The notes under the pieces are model-generated. The model was not told the DNA's origin. It saw only the letters and a program-made list of their open reading frames with translations, and did not search any database. The position numbers and the translations under genes were made by a program. This document shows, piece after piece, positions 1 to 9,045 of a stretch of 24,459 nt of DNA. The stretch is from a virus (taxonomy: Duplodnaviria; Caudoviricetes). Where the stretch lies: positions 1 to 24,459 of the IMG/VR virus record IMGVR_UViG_3300009678_000135, one strand, 5' to 3'. Positions within the stretch are counted from its first letter, which is position 1; every line of letters starts with the position of its first letter.

Positions 1-461
1 CAGACCGTCGCCTCCGTGCCCGGCGTCACGACAGTGCTCGCAGGCCCGTTGTCGATGACGCAGTAGTAGTCGGCGCCGGCCTCCCGCACGACGTCGCCCT
101 GGCTGTAGTCGGTCGCCGCGCTGTAGGCGTCCGGCTCGACGATGATCGGCTCCCCGAAGCGGTGGAAACGCACGTAGTTGAGCCCGAACTCGAGCGCGTA
201 GGTCTGCTCGGCGTTAAAGACGAATGGGATCAGCGTCTCGGGCGGCCCGTCGGTCAGGCAGACGTCCGACTCCGTCGTGCTGTCCTTGACCTCGGCCACG
301 AACTTGGTCCCGGCATCGTTGAGCCAGGCCCCCGAGCGCCCGATGAAACCGTTGAGGCAGGCTTTCAGCCCCTGCGCGCGCTTGATCAGGTCCGCGCGCG
401 CCGAGATCGCGTCGCTGACCTCACCCCCGGCGAAGGTGCGCTGCATCGACGCCTGGGCCAT
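1..461 (-). CDS. Tail tubular protein B / nozzle (T7 gp12-like), N-terminal part; runs off window
   Basis: ATG at 461 overlaps upstream TGA (TGATG); reads MAQASMQRTFAGGEVSDAISARADL...LIPFVFNAEQTYALEFGLNYVRFHR, typical N-terminus of podoviral tail tube B proteins. Confidence 0.85.
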   Translation of the reverse strand, partial: MAQASMQRTFAGGEVSDAISARADLIKRAQGLKACLNGFIGRSGAWLNDAGTKFVAEVKDSTTESDVCLTDGPPETLIPFVFNAEQTYALEFGLNYVRFHRFGEPIIVEPDAYSAATDYSQGDVVREAGADYYCVIDNGPASTVVTPGTEATV

Positions 462-1108
462 CAGATGAACCGCGAGCGCGTGTAGCTCGACTCGTCGCGC
501 CAGGTCGGGTGCGGCCCGCCCTCGTTGCCCTCGATCCGCTGCGCCAGCGAGACCGCGATCAGGTACTGCTGCAGGCACCAGTCGCGCAGCTTGGGGTCCG
601 TCCCGAGCAGCATCGACAGCTTGCTCGCCAGGCACCACGCCAGCGCCGTGTCCAGGATCGGCGGGAAGCGCAGCGGGTCCTCGACGTCCTCGATGTACAG
701 GACCTTGGCCTCGTCCTCGATCACATCGGTAAAGATCACCTTGACGTCGTCGAAGCTCCCGATGTCGTACCGCGGCGGGAAGGCGTCATTGGCCCCGCGC
801 ACCGTGATGAACCGCAGGATCTGCAGGCAGTCGACCGGGTAGGTGTAGGCGAAATCCCACTCGTCCTCCCACAGCTCGCCCGTGCCGTCGCTGGCCAACG
901 CCAGCAGCGCGTACTTGCGCGCGAAGGGCCACGGGTAGGCCCGCAGGACCTCGCGCCGCGCCTCGACGTAGAAGGCGATCGCGCCGCGGCCCTGCGGCGT
1001 GTCGGTCTCCACGATGTCGGCGGCCGTGCCGTCGCCGGACGTGAGCATGCGGCTCTCGCCCAGGTGCCGCAGCGCCTGATTGACGATCTCGAGCTCGTCA
1101 GCCGCCAT
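461..1108 (-). CDS. Tail tubular protein A / head-tail adaptor (T7 gp11-like)
   Basis: EIVNQALRHLGE...REVLRAYPWPFA...FAYTYPVDCLQI...ALAWCLASKL motifs; AGGAGGAG SD; position after capsid genes. Confidence 0.85.
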   Translation of the reverse strand: MAADELEIVNQALRHLGESRMLTSGDGTAADIVETDTPQGRGAIAFYVEARREVLRAYPWPFARKYALLALASDGTGELWEDEWDFAYTYPVDCLQILRFITVRGANDAFPPRYDIGSFDDVKVIFTDVIEDEAKVLYIEDVEDPLRFPPILDTALAWCLASKLSMLLGTDPKLRDWCLQQYLIAVSLAQRIEGNEGGPHPTWRDESSYTRSRFI

Positions 1109-1155
1109 GTCCGCTCACTCCTCCTGCTCTGGGAGCCGGGCCCTGGCGTTCGCGC

Positions 1156-1638
1156 TCAGGTCGCCGCCGGCTCGCTCTCCACGCTGGAACTCGTCGCGAC
1201 GCCGACCGCCGGCGCCCTACGCTCGCGCTTCTTGCCCTTGGGCCAGCCCTTGCGCGGGGCCGCGGGCGCCTCCTGCTCGGCCAGCTCCTGCCGGCGCTGC
1301 TGCGCCTGCGGGGTGTCCCGGAAGATCGAGGCCGCTGCGTGCGCCGCCATCGCCGCCGCCTCGGCCTTCTTCGCCAGGGACGCCTGCTGCTGCTTGTCGC
1401 GCCACGCGCGCCGCGCGTCCTCGAGCCGCACCTGGTCCTCGGGCTTCTCGCAATGCGCGCCAGACGGCGCCTCGTGCAAGGGGCCGCGCCACATGAAGCG
1501 CCCGTCCGTCTTGTCGCCCGGCTTGACCTTGCCGGCCCTCCATCCTGTGATCGCGCCGCGCGCCTGGTCGATGATCGGGTGCTTGGGCACGATGACCATG
1601 ACGTCGGCCACCATCGCCACGCCCGGATTCTCCTCCAC
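1156..1638 (-). CDS. Hypothetical protein (Ala/Lys/Arg-rich C-terminus)
   Basis: ORF fills the gap between cement and tail tube A; AGGAG before GTG; start uncertain. Confidence 0.6.
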   Translation of the reverse strand: MEENPGVAMVADVMVIVPKHPIIDQARGAITGWRAGKVKPGDKTDGRFMWRGPLHEAPSGAHCEKPEDQVRLEDARRAWRDKQQQASLAKKAEAAAMAAHAAASIFRDTPQAQQRRQELAEQEAPAAPRKGWPKGKKRERRAPAVGVATSSSVESEPAAT

Positions 1639-1676
1639 GACTCCTGCCTTTCTGCCGCCCGTCCGGGCGGCTCAGC

Positions 1677-2174
1677 TCAAGCGAAATTCCAGCCAGCGGG
1701 GAAGGTCTGCGGACGGCTGTGGAAGCCGCGCCCGAGGTGGATGTCGAACATGCCGGCCGACAGCGCCTGCGCGGCGACCACGAAGGTCACGCCGATGTAC
1801 TGCAGGATCTCGGGGTCGATGCCGCCGCCCGTCGGGAACGGGATCAGCATGCGGTTACCCAGGATCAGCGGGAACGTGGCCGAGGCCAGGGTCGTGTCGA
1901 GCGCGCCCGAGGTCCAGTGCACATTGGGCGTGCCCAGCGTGTCCGCGGCCGAGCTCACGATCTGGATGGTGAGCGACGCGCCGGCCACCGCCTCGTCGAA
2001 GCTCTCCTTGCAGATGAACTCGAACAGCAGCTGCTCGGCCCAATTGACGCCGAAGTCGCGCCCGCCGACCGCGCCGGTGTTGTAGACGTTGGTCGAGGCC
2101 GTGGTCGAGCCGGCGGCCGCCGCCCCGAGGTCCAGCGTCTCGGCAAAGGTGTTCTGGAGGTCGATGATGGCCAT
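1677..2174 (-). CDS. Capsid cement/decoration protein (Bbp16-like)
   Basis: MAIID..F...ASTNVYN.G..RDFG...LTIQIVSS...LQYIGVTFVV pattern; immediately after major capsid gene as in BPP-1. Confidence 0.8.
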   Translation of the reverse strand: MAIIDLQNTFAETLDLGAAAAGSTTASTNVYNTGAVGGRDFGVNWAEQLLFEFICKESFDEAVAGASLTIQIVSSAADTLGTPNVHWTSGALDTTLASATFPLILGNRMLIPFPTGGGIDPEILQYIGVTFVVAAQALSAGMFDIHLGRGFHSRPQTFPAGWNFA

Positions 2175-2210
2175 GTCAGGTTTTCCTCGCGGTCAGAGAA
2201 CCGTTGCCGG

Positions 2211-3224
2211 TCAGGAGATCGTCGCCTCGTTGTTCACGATGGCGTCGGAGACGAGGATCGGGATGCCGTTGTAGTGCAGCTGCTTGGGGCCCTTGCCGCC
2301 GATCTGCTCGAAGGTGAACACGTTGGTGTTCGTGGTGGCCTGCGCCATGAAGGCGAACTGCTGCGCCACATCGCGACCCATCACGAAGGCCGGCTGGCCC
2401 ATGTACGGCGCGTAGATGTGGTGCTGCATCCGGCCCATCTGGAACAGCACGAAGGTCGCGAAGTCGGTCGTCTGCTGCGCGCCCGAGAGCCCAGCCATTT
2501 CGGCGTGGTCCACGTTCGCGAGACGCACGTTCTGGCGCGGGTCCTTGAGCACGAGCCCGAGGTCCAGCTCGACCTGGTCCACCACGCACGGCAGCTTGGC
2601 GCCGCCGACGTTGGTGTCGGTCTGCACGAGCTGCTCGCCCCAATCCTTGTGGTAGACGCCGCCCTTGCAGTTGCGCGGGTAGACGATGAACGACGACTCG
2701 GGGTGGATGTCGAACAGCCAGATGGACGACTTGTTGGTCGTGCCACCGGCCGAGAGACAGTGATCGCCCAGGGTCGTGTAGTAGCTGCGGAAGGCCCAGC
2801 CCAGGAACTCGGCCGCGTCGTCGGCCGGGTTGCCATAGAACACCAGGCTCTCGGCGGTCTTGTTCAGCGCCTCGGTCCGCATGTTGATCTGGCTCATGCG
2901 GATCTCGTTCGGGTCGTCGTTGATCTCGAGCAGCTTCAGCGGCGTCACCGCCAGCGTGCCGAGCATCGACATGCCGTCCTCGACCTGCTCGGTGTGGCCG
3001 ACGGAGGCCGAGATACCCTCGCCCACCTTGAGCACCGTGATCGTGGGCTCGCTGACCTGGAAGGTGCTGACGTGCGAGGTCGTCTTGTTCGACGCCTTCA
3101 TCGGCATCATCCGGCGCAGCGGCGAGCGCGCGGCGAGCATGTAGGTCATGTCGCGCAGCACACCCTTGGGGTACTCGTTGGCGATGTCAGCCAGCGTGAG
3201 AATCGTGTTGCCGTAGACGGTCAT
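2211..3224 (-). CDS. Major capsid protein (BPP-1 Bbp17-like, HK97 fold)
   Basis: LTLAD N-terminus, VFYGN...EFLG, SAGGT..KSSIWL, NVRLANVD, YNGIPILVSDAIVNNE C-terminus; 337 aa; AAGGAG SD. Confidence 0.9.
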   Translation of the reverse strand: MTVYGNTILTLADIANEYPKGVLRDMTYMLAARSPLRRMMPMKASNKTTSHVSTFQVSEPTITVLKVGEGISASVGHTEQVEDGMSMLGTLAVTPLKLLEINDDPNEIRMSQINMRTEALNKTAESLVFYGNPADDAAEFLGWAFRSYYTTLGDHCLSAGGTTNKSSIWLFDIHPESSFIVYPRNCKGGVYHKDWGEQLVQTDTNVGGAKLPCVVDQVELDLGLVLKDPRQNVRLANVDHAEMAGLSGAQQTTDFATFVLFQMGRMQHHIYAPYMGQPAFVMGRDVAQQFAFMAQATTNTNVFTFEQIGGKGPKQLHYNGIPILVSDAIVNNEATIS

Positions 3225-3227
3225 GGA

Positions 3228-3908
3228 TTACGACTCCTTCTTGGAGCCCCCGTAGCGGGACGAGGTGGCTGAGAACGAAGCGGAGTATTCGGGCTCGGCG
3301 GCCTGCGCGTTGCCGCCCTTGACCGCGCCAGACGGGGCCGACATCGAGCGGCCGAACTGCGCGAAGGCGAGGTACAGCGCCGGCTCGATCATCACGCCGG
3401 CGTTGCGCAGCGACTGGCGGTAGCCGGGCGCGACGTGGTCGATGGCCTTCGCGAACCACGCGGAGGTCTGGCGCACCTTCTCGGCGCTACCACCGAACTC
3501 CTTGTGCTCGCGGATCTCCTTCGACCAGCCCGCGAAGGTCTGCTGCACGGCGGCCTCGGACGCGGCCTTGGCCTCGGTCAGCGCCTGCGCGTAGCGCCCG
3601 ACGAGCGCCTGCGCGGCCTCCTTGGGCAGCTTGTGTTCGGTCGCGAAAGCCGCGATCTCGCCCAAGGTCTTGTCGTTGAACGGCGCGTCCTCGGGCGCGA
3701 CCAGCCCCAGCGCCTTGATCGCTTCCTCCGCTGCGGGCGTCGCTCCCGTCGCAGCCGCCGCGTCGGGCGTCTCTGTGGGAGCCTGCTCGCTCGGCGCGAG
3801 GAGGTCGTCATGCGGCGCGGCCGCGGCGCCTGGCTGCGCGGCAGCATCGGCCGGCGCGGCCTGCGCCGTCGGTTCGGCAGCGGTCTCGAGAAGCTCTACA
3901 TCGCCCAC
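3228..3908 (-). CDS. Capsid scaffolding protein
   Basis: Ala/Pro/Glu-rich N-terminus, helical core (FATEHKLPKEAAQALV...WSKEIREHKEFGG), directly upstream of capsid. Confidence 0.8.
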   Translation of the reverse strand: MGDVELLETAAEPTAQAAPADAAAQPGAAAAPHDDLLAPSEQAPTETPDAAAATGATPAAEEAIKALGLVAPEDAPFNDKTLGEIAAFATEHKLPKEAAQALVGRYAQALTEAKAASEAAVQQTFAGWSKEIREHKEFGGSAEKVRQTSAWFAKAIDHVAPGYRQSLRNAGVMIEPALYLAFAQFGRSMSAPSGAVKGGNAQAAEPEYSASFSATSSRYGGSKKES

Positions 3909-4002
3909 GTGGCCATCCCTTCTCGGGCGGACAGGCCGCCCGGTGGTGATGGCCGATATCTATGAGCGTCTGACGGATGGCCCTTTCAAGGGCCGACCCG
4001 GA
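3909..4002 (-). promoter_or_regulatory. Structured leader upstream of scaffold/capsid genes
   Basis: Inverted repeats at 3979-3994, 3924-3942, and GGCCATC/GATGGCC pairs (3911-3917 with 3948-3954 or 3976-3982) enclosing the SD. Confidence 0.45.
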
Positions 4003-4200
4003 TTATTGCGAGCGCAGGGCCGCCTCGACCGCGGCGCGCAGCCAGGCCGAGCGGTTCCGACCAGCGCGCTTCGCGATGGCCTGCTCGCAGATGCGGCTGA
4101 CCCGAAAGAACAGCATCACGGTCTGCTTGCTCTCGCCCTGGACCTGCCGGCGGCCATAGCCGTTGCGGGCGACGCGACCACCCGCAGAACCCCCCGTCAC
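4003..4200 (-). CDS. Small ribbon-helix-helix (CopG/Arc-like) DNA-binding protein, 65 aa
   Basis: GTG at 4200 overlaps upstream TGA with GGAGG SD; TVMLFFRVS strand, helix, then NRSAWLRAAVEAAL helix. Confidence 0.6.
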   Translation of the reverse strand: MTGGSAGGRVARNGYGRRQVQGESKQTVMLFFRVSRICEQAIAKRAGRNRSAWLRAAVEAALRSQ

Positions 4201-4604
4201 CCGGGGCCCTCCGGCGGACGGATCATCCCGTCGGGGGTCATGTCCTCGAACTCCGCCCGCATCTGCTCGAGCATGGCCGGCCCGGTGACGAAGCGGACCC
4301 GCTGGCGCAGCCACAGCCCGACGTGCCGCATGCCGATGATGGCCTGCTGGACGCGTGCGCCCTGCTCGCCGGCGAAGCCGACCCCGAAGGGGTGCAGGTC
4401 GTCGTCGGTGCGGCAGTAGACGATCAGCGCGTGCAGGGCGCGCCGGCCGGGCTTGGTGGACAGCGCGACCCGCAGGTCCGCATCCGAGCGGTCGGCCAGG
4501 AAGCTGTCCATGGCCTTCTGCGCCTCGGTGTCGTCGCCCGTGGGCACCCGCCAGATGCCGTCCGGGCCGCGCCGCGGGCGGCCCGGGACTGCCTCGGGAC
4601 TCAT
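4197..4604 (-). CDS. Hypothetical virion-module protein (Bbp19-like)
   Basis: DLRVALSTKPGRRALHALI...F...GMRHVGLWL motif, follows portal. Confidence 0.7.
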   Translation of the reverse strand: MSPEAVPGRPRRGPDGIWRVPTGDDTEAQKAMDSFLADRSDADLRVALSTKPGRRALHALIVYCRTDDDLHPFGVGFAGEQGARVQQAIIGMRHVGLWLRQRVRFVTGPAMLEQMRAEFEDMTPDGMIRPPEGPG

Positions 4605-6364
4605 GCCGGGCCGCCCTGGGACGCCGCGAGCTCGGCCTCAGAGGCCCTCGCCGCGGACAGGTCCTTGACCGCGCCGGCGACCTCGGGCGCCGCCGCCACC
4701 GCCTGCGCGATGGCCTGGTCCTGCGCCCGCTGGGCCCGGAGCGCCGCCACGTCGTCCTCGTCACGCACGGTCGTCGGGTTGACCCCCGACATTTCGCTGT
4801 GCCGACGCATCAGGTCGTCCTTGTCGATGATGTCGAGCGCCGAGACGTCGCCCGTGATCGTGGCGAACTCCGCCCCGAACCGCGCGAAGTGCTCGAGGTT
4901 GTCGAGCCCAACCGCTCGCTGCGCGATGGCGACCTCGGAAATGTACTCGACCTTGACGTCCAGGCTACCGTTGCGCGCCGCGCGATCGAGGATCGACTGC
5001 GGCGGCCGCGGCACGATCCCGTCCTCGCCCGCCATCCAGGCCCCGACCGACGCGTCGATCAGGTAGCCCGACACGAGCTCGATCGCCGGCCCCAGCGTCT
5101 CGGGCGCCTTGCGCTCGAGCACCGGGCCCAGCAGCTGCAGCTTCTCGCGCAGGATCGCCCGCGTCTGCTCGGCCGTCAGCGGCTGGCTGCGCGTGTCGTT
5201 GAGAAGCGCGAGCACCTTGTCGGCCCTGTACGCCTTGCGGATCGCGTCGCGGACCTGGTCCTGCTTCGCGTAGAGCACCTCGAATGGAATGTTGATCTCG
5301 TGCAGCGGCCCGATCGAGTCGGGCCCCTGCAGCGCGTCGTAGTAGGTGATCTCCTTGCTGCGCAGCGAGACCACGCGGTTCATCATCGACGGGTGCGCCT
5401 TGAGCGGCGGGTCGACGGACTTCTTGAGCCCGTTCAGCCCGTCCATCTCCATCTCGAACAGTCGAATGACCATCGCGAGCGCCTGCAGGCCAGGCCACAT
5501 CGTCCCGTAGGTGTTGTCGCTCGCGCGCTTCCAGCGCGCCGTGACGATCGGGAAGCGCTTGTATCCACCGCTGCGCAGCGGCTGCCACTTCGAGCCGGGG
5601 TCGCGCTCGTCGCCCTTCTTCTCCTCCCAATACCGCTCCTTGAAGGCCCAGCGGTCGGAGAAGGGGTGGCGCTCGATGGCGTCGACGTTGGGCGCGATCA
5701 GGTGCCGCACCGTGACCGGCTCCATGCGCTTGCGGTTCTTGTAGGCGTCGCGTGTCGCGGCGCTGACGACGTCCCAGCCGAAGGTCTCGACGAGCTTGGC
5801 GACCGTCATCGTGTAGCGGCGCGCGAAGCGGTTGGCCATGCCGTAGTCGTCGTCGCCCAGCCGGTACGTGCCCGGTGCGTAGTCCTCGCAGTGGATGACC
5901 TTGGTGTCGCGCGGGTAGATGCCGAACGCGCCGTGGCCGAAATCGAGGTCGTCGGTCAAGCACGACTCGAGCGAGGGGTAGAAGTTGGCCCTGCGCTTGG
6001 TGTCGAGCGCGATGTCGCGGAAGGTCGTGAGCCACTCGAGCTCCTCGACCGTCGCCGCCTCGCTGCGATCGGGCAGGCCGAGCAGATACCAGGGCCGCGC
6101 CGGCGAGGCGATGCCGTCGAGCAGGAAGCTGCCCGCGGTGTCGCTGGCGTCCATGGCCGTGATGTCGAGAAAGTCGGACATCGAAGCGTCGCCGCGGTTG
6201 GCGTCGCTCTCGCTCCACTGGTAGCGGGTGGGCCGCAGGTAGCGACCGCACAACTGCCAGCGGCTCTCGTAGCTGACCCCGCCGCTCCAGATGTCGTCGA
6301 ACTCGCGGTCGAGCGCTTGGCGCTCGCTCAGGACCGGCTCGACCTCGACGGCCGACTCAGCCAC
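4601..6364 (-). CDS. Portal / head-to-tail connector (T7 gp8 / Bbp21 family)
   Basis: 587 aa; SPARPW, NFY..L...DL.FG, ARW....YG..PG..AL, VDPPL, TAEQ...EKLQLLGPVLER, VEYIS. Confidence 0.93.
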   Translation of the reverse strand: MAESAVEVEPVLSERQALDREFDDIWSGGVSYESRWQLCGRYLRPTRYQWSESDANRGDASMSDFLDITAMDASDTAGSFLLDGIASPARPWYLLGLPDRSEAATVEELEWLTTFRDIALDTKRRANFYPSLESCLTDDLDFGHGAFGIYPRDTKVIHCEDYAPGTYRLGDDDYGMANRFARRYTMTVAKLVETFGWDVVSAATRDAYKNRKRMEPVTVRHLIAPNVDAIERHPFSDRWAFKERYWEEKKGDERDPGSKWQPLRSGGYKRFPIVTARWKRASDNTYGTMWPGLQALAMVIRLFEMEMDGLNGLKKSVDPPLKAHPSMMNRVVSLRSKEITYYDALQGPDSIGPLHEINIPFEVLYAKQDQVRDAIRKAYRADKVLALLNDTRSQPLTAEQTRAILREKLQLLGPVLERKAPETLGPAIELVSGYLIDASVGAWMAGEDGIVPRPPQSILDRAARNGSLDVKVEYISEVAIAQRAVGLDNLEHFARFGAEFATITGDVSALDIIDKDDLMRRHSEMSGVNPTTVRDEDDVAALRAQRAQDQAIAQAVAAAPEVAGAVKDLSAARASEAELAASQGGPA

Positions 6365-6611
6365 CGATGACCTTGGCTCCCGCCGGCGCGGCGCCCGAGG
6401 GTCCGGTCAGGATCGTGCCCTCGTGCCCGCGGCGCGATAGCGCGGCCCGCCGGCGACGCTCGGCGGCGGCCGCAGCCGCCTGCGCCTGCTCGGCGCCCGA
6501 GGGCCCTGGCTGCGCCTTGGGCATGCCCGGCTTACGGACGGCCGAGTAGACGGTCGCAGCTGCGCCCAGCCCGGTCGCGATCGCTGGAATCAACGGAAGC
6601 GCCGGTCCCAT
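6357..6611 (-). CDS. Small virion assembly protein upstream of portal
   Basis: Hydrophobic N-terminus, KP.MP, RRRRAA...G..GTILTG..G C-terminal motif typical of this gene position; GGAGG SD. Confidence 0.7.
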   Translation of the reverse strand: MGPALPLIPAIATGLGAAATVYSAVRKPGMPKAQPGPSGAEQAQAAAAAAERRRRAALSRRGHEGTILTGPSGAAPAGAKVIGG

Positions 6612-7071
6612 CGCCCACCCTCCGCACCATGAGGCTCAAGGGCAGCCCCGACCACTGACTGACGCCCGTTCCGGCCCACCGGAATCCGAGCCACCGCAGC
6701 CAGCGCAGCGCGCTCTCGTAACGGTCGTCCACAAAGTTGTAGACCTCGCGGAACCCTGATTCCAGTTGTTCGACCTGGCGGACCGACTCCATCAGGAACC
6801 AGCGCCGGTCCTCCGCGACGCGCGGCGCGCCCAGCATCCAGATGCGCCCGCGCCCCTCGCCCTCGTCGACCACGCCCCACACCGCCTCGGGCACGCCACC
6901 CAGCTCGAACGCCCTGCAGGTCTGTGACACGAGCAGCGCCTGCTCGAGCGCCTCGAGCGGCGTCAGCATGAGCGGGTCGTAGGCTGCCAGCTCGTCCAGG
7001 TCCTCCTTGCGCAGCCGACCGGCCAGCGCGTAGGCGTCCGTCGGCACAGCGTCCCGGATCGCGCGACTCAC
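6532..7071 (-). CDS. GNAT-fold T7 gp13/DUF2833-like protein, 179 aa
   Basis: GTG at 7071 overlaps terL TGA; LRKEDLDELAA...IWMLG...NFVDDRY..ALRWLRWLGF motifs. Confidence 0.8.
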   Translation of the reverse strand: MSRAIRDAVPTDAYALAGRLRKEDLDELAAYDPLMLTPLEALEQALLVSQTCRAFELGGVPEAVWGVVDEGEGRGRIWMLGAPRVAEDRRWFLMESVRQVEQLESGFREVYNFVDDRYESALRWLRWLGFRWAGTGVSQWSGLPLSLMVRRVGDGTGASVDSSDRDRAGRSCDRLLGRP

Positions 7072-8492
7072 CGCGCGCGCCCGACGCCGGGGCTCAGCTG
7101 GTCGGCCTCCCGCCTGTAGCCGGCGCTCGCCAGCCCGCCGCCGCGCCTGGTCGACGGGTCGATCAGCCCGAGCGCCGTGGCCACTTCGCGCGTGATGACC
7201 TCCTGCGGCGGCGCCACGACCTCCTCGGACAAGGTCAGCGCCAGCCCGACCGCCAGGTCCGGGCTCGGCAGGTTGTCCTGGTAGACGACCTCGATCTTGC
7301 CGTTGATCGGGCTCTGCTTCTTGCGCAGGCCGGTCAGGTCGAGGCGCAGGTCGGGGTGCTCGGGCAGGCAGCCGCCCGCAGCGATCCAGTCCCGCGCCGC
7401 GTGGAACAGCTCGGCCTTCCGGTTCCGAAAGCGCTCGTTGAGCGGCTTGCCGCCGAAGTCCACCCCGATCACGTTGGGCAGGTTGAGCGCCTGCAGCCGT
7501 GAGATCACCCCCTCGCCGCGCCCCTTGTCGACGAAGATCACCGCCGGCTTCCACTCGGCGTGGATCCGTGCCACGTGGCTCGCCAGGGTCTGATTCTCCA
7601 TGCCCCTGTACACGTCCGGGCGCCAGGTCATCAGCCCCTGCCGGCGGAAGATCACGCTGCGGTCGCCGGTCTCGCTGAAAGCCACGTCGACCCCGAGAAT
7701 CCGCGGCGCGAAGCGCCATGCCTCCTCGCGCAGCGTGCGCGTCATGGCCGCGTTGATGACCTCGAGCCCGATCAGCTGGTCGTCGCCGGCGGCCGTGAAG
7801 TCGTTGAGGAACTCGCGCCGGAAAGCCTGGTCCGACATCGACTCCTTCAGCAGCGCGATCTCCTGCGCCGAGAACACCGCGGTCTCGTACACGTCGTAGC
7901 TCGACGCGAGCATGCGCCCTGTCTGGTCAGCCTTGCAGCGGAAGTACATTTCCGAGAAGGCGTCCACGCCGGCCACCGTCGAAATGAACAGCGCCCAGCC
8001 CTTGCGGTCGGCCAGCGCAATCTGGATCACCGACTCCCACGCGTCGGGCGACATGATCGCGTACTCGTCGAGCACCGCGCCGTCGAGGTAGATGCCGCGC
8101 CGCGTGTCGGGGTCGTCGACGCCGATCAGCCGGATGCGCGGCCCGTGCGGCATCTGGACGTAGTGGTCCGACTCGCGCACGCGGATCCCCGGGACGACGC
8201 CCGTCGCGCGCTTGAGCTTGTCCCAAATCGTGTCGACGGCTTGCTTCATCTGCGGAGCGATGAAGCCGTAGACAGCGTCGGGCCGCGTGTCGGCGGCTGC
8301 CGCGTCGATCAGCTCCATTTCCGCGAGCGTGCTCTTGCCGCCGCGCCGGTGCACGACGACCGCGTGCACGGGCACGATCCCGGTCCACTCCCCGACGAAG
8401 CGGTCGGGCTTGCGCCGCCGTAGCAGGTGCAGCTCGCGCTGCCAGTTGCGCGGCGTGTACGGGATCCGCGCGACCTCCCAGCGATCAGCCAC
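7068..8492 (-). CDS. terL: Terminase large subunit
   Basis: Walker A HRRGGKS, Walker B GAVLDEYA, FIST coupling motif, FRREFLNDF, RNase H-like ILGVDVA, SPDLA. Confidence 0.95.
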   Translation of the reverse strand: MADRWEVARIPYTPRNWQRELHLLRRRKPDRFVGEWTGIVPVHAVVVHRRGGKSTLAEMELIDAAAADTRPDAVYGFIAPQMKQAVDTIWDKLKRATGVVPGIRVRESDHYVQMPHGPRIRLIGVDDPDTRRGIYLDGAVLDEYAIMSPDAWESVIQIALADRKGWALFISTVAGVDAFSEMYFRCKADQTGRMLASSYDVYETAVFSAQEIALLKESMSDQAFRREFLNDFTAAGDDQLIGLEVINAAMTRTLREEAWRFAPRILGVDVAFSETGDRSVIFRRQGLMTWRPDVYRGMENQTLASHVARIHAEWKPAVIFVDKGRGEGVISRLQALNLPNVIGVDFGGKPLNERFRNRKAELFHAARDWIAAGGCLPEHPDLRLDLTGLRKKQSPINGKIEVVYQDNLPSPDLAVGLALTLSEEVVAPPQEVITREVATALGLIDPSTRRGGGLASAGYRREADQLSPGVGRAR

Positions 8493-8504
8493 GCGACGCT
8501 CGCT

Positions 8505-8972
8505 CTAGAGGATCAGGAACTCGAGCCGGATGTGGAAGGTGCTGAACCCACACGTGCCCGTCGCGCCCGTGCACCACGCGCCCATGGTCCAGAAGTCCCC
8601 GACCCCGTCGAAGGCGTCCATGCCCGCGTCGAGCGGCTCGGCGCTGTAGAAGCGATGCCCGGTGCTGGCGACGGCAAGTTGCTTGGCGACCATCGCGCGG
8701 TTGGTCAGGTTCGGCGTCGGCAGGCCAGCCGGAATCAGGTTCTTGAACACGCCGATGTTGAGCTCGGGCGTGTTGGCCGCGGCCGAACAGTGGCCGCTGC
8801 ATTGCAGGCGGATCAGGCGCATGGGTCGGCTCGGCGTCGGCCCGACCGCGGTCGCTGAGCTGCCCGCGACGATCTGCGTCGCGTTGGCCGTGACCGAAAT
8901 GTTGATGGGGAACTCGATGACCTCGCGCAGCTGCATCGCCGCGATCATTTCGGCCGGGGGCGTTCGGGCCAT
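8505..8972 (-). CDS. Hypothetical beta-rich protein, 155 aa
   Basis: ATG at 8972 with GGAGGAG SD; alternating-hydrophobic strands. Confidence 0.65.
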   Translation of the reverse strand: MARTPPAEMIAAMQLREVIEFPINISVTANATQIVAGSSATAVGPTPSRPMRLIRLQCSGHCSAAANTPELNIGVFKNLIPAGLPTPNLTNRAMVAKQLAVASTGHRFYSAEPLDAGMDAFDGVGDFWTMGAWCTGATGTCGFSTFHIRLEFLIL

Positions 8973-9000
8973 GTCACTCCTCCGGGCGCCGGGGAGAGGG

Positions 9001-9032
9001 CGCCGCACCGGACAGACTGCGCAACTGCGCCC
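9001..9032 (-). repeat. Tripartite motif, copy 2 (copy 1 at 16643-16687)
   Basis: Colinear exact blocks CGCCGCAC / GGACAGAC / CAACTGCGCCC (+ strand) present at both sites. Confidence 0.6.
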
Positions 9033-9045
9033 TGCGCTTCAAGCG

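Noticed and set aside
2176-2230. T7-style programmed frameshift extending the major capsid protein
   Set aside because: No slippery heptamer near the stop; the alternative frame ends within a few codons
3955-3989. Sigma70 promoter for capsid genes from minus-strand TTGAAA
   Set aside because: No TAnnnT -10 at 16-18 bp spacing; kept only as a structured leader
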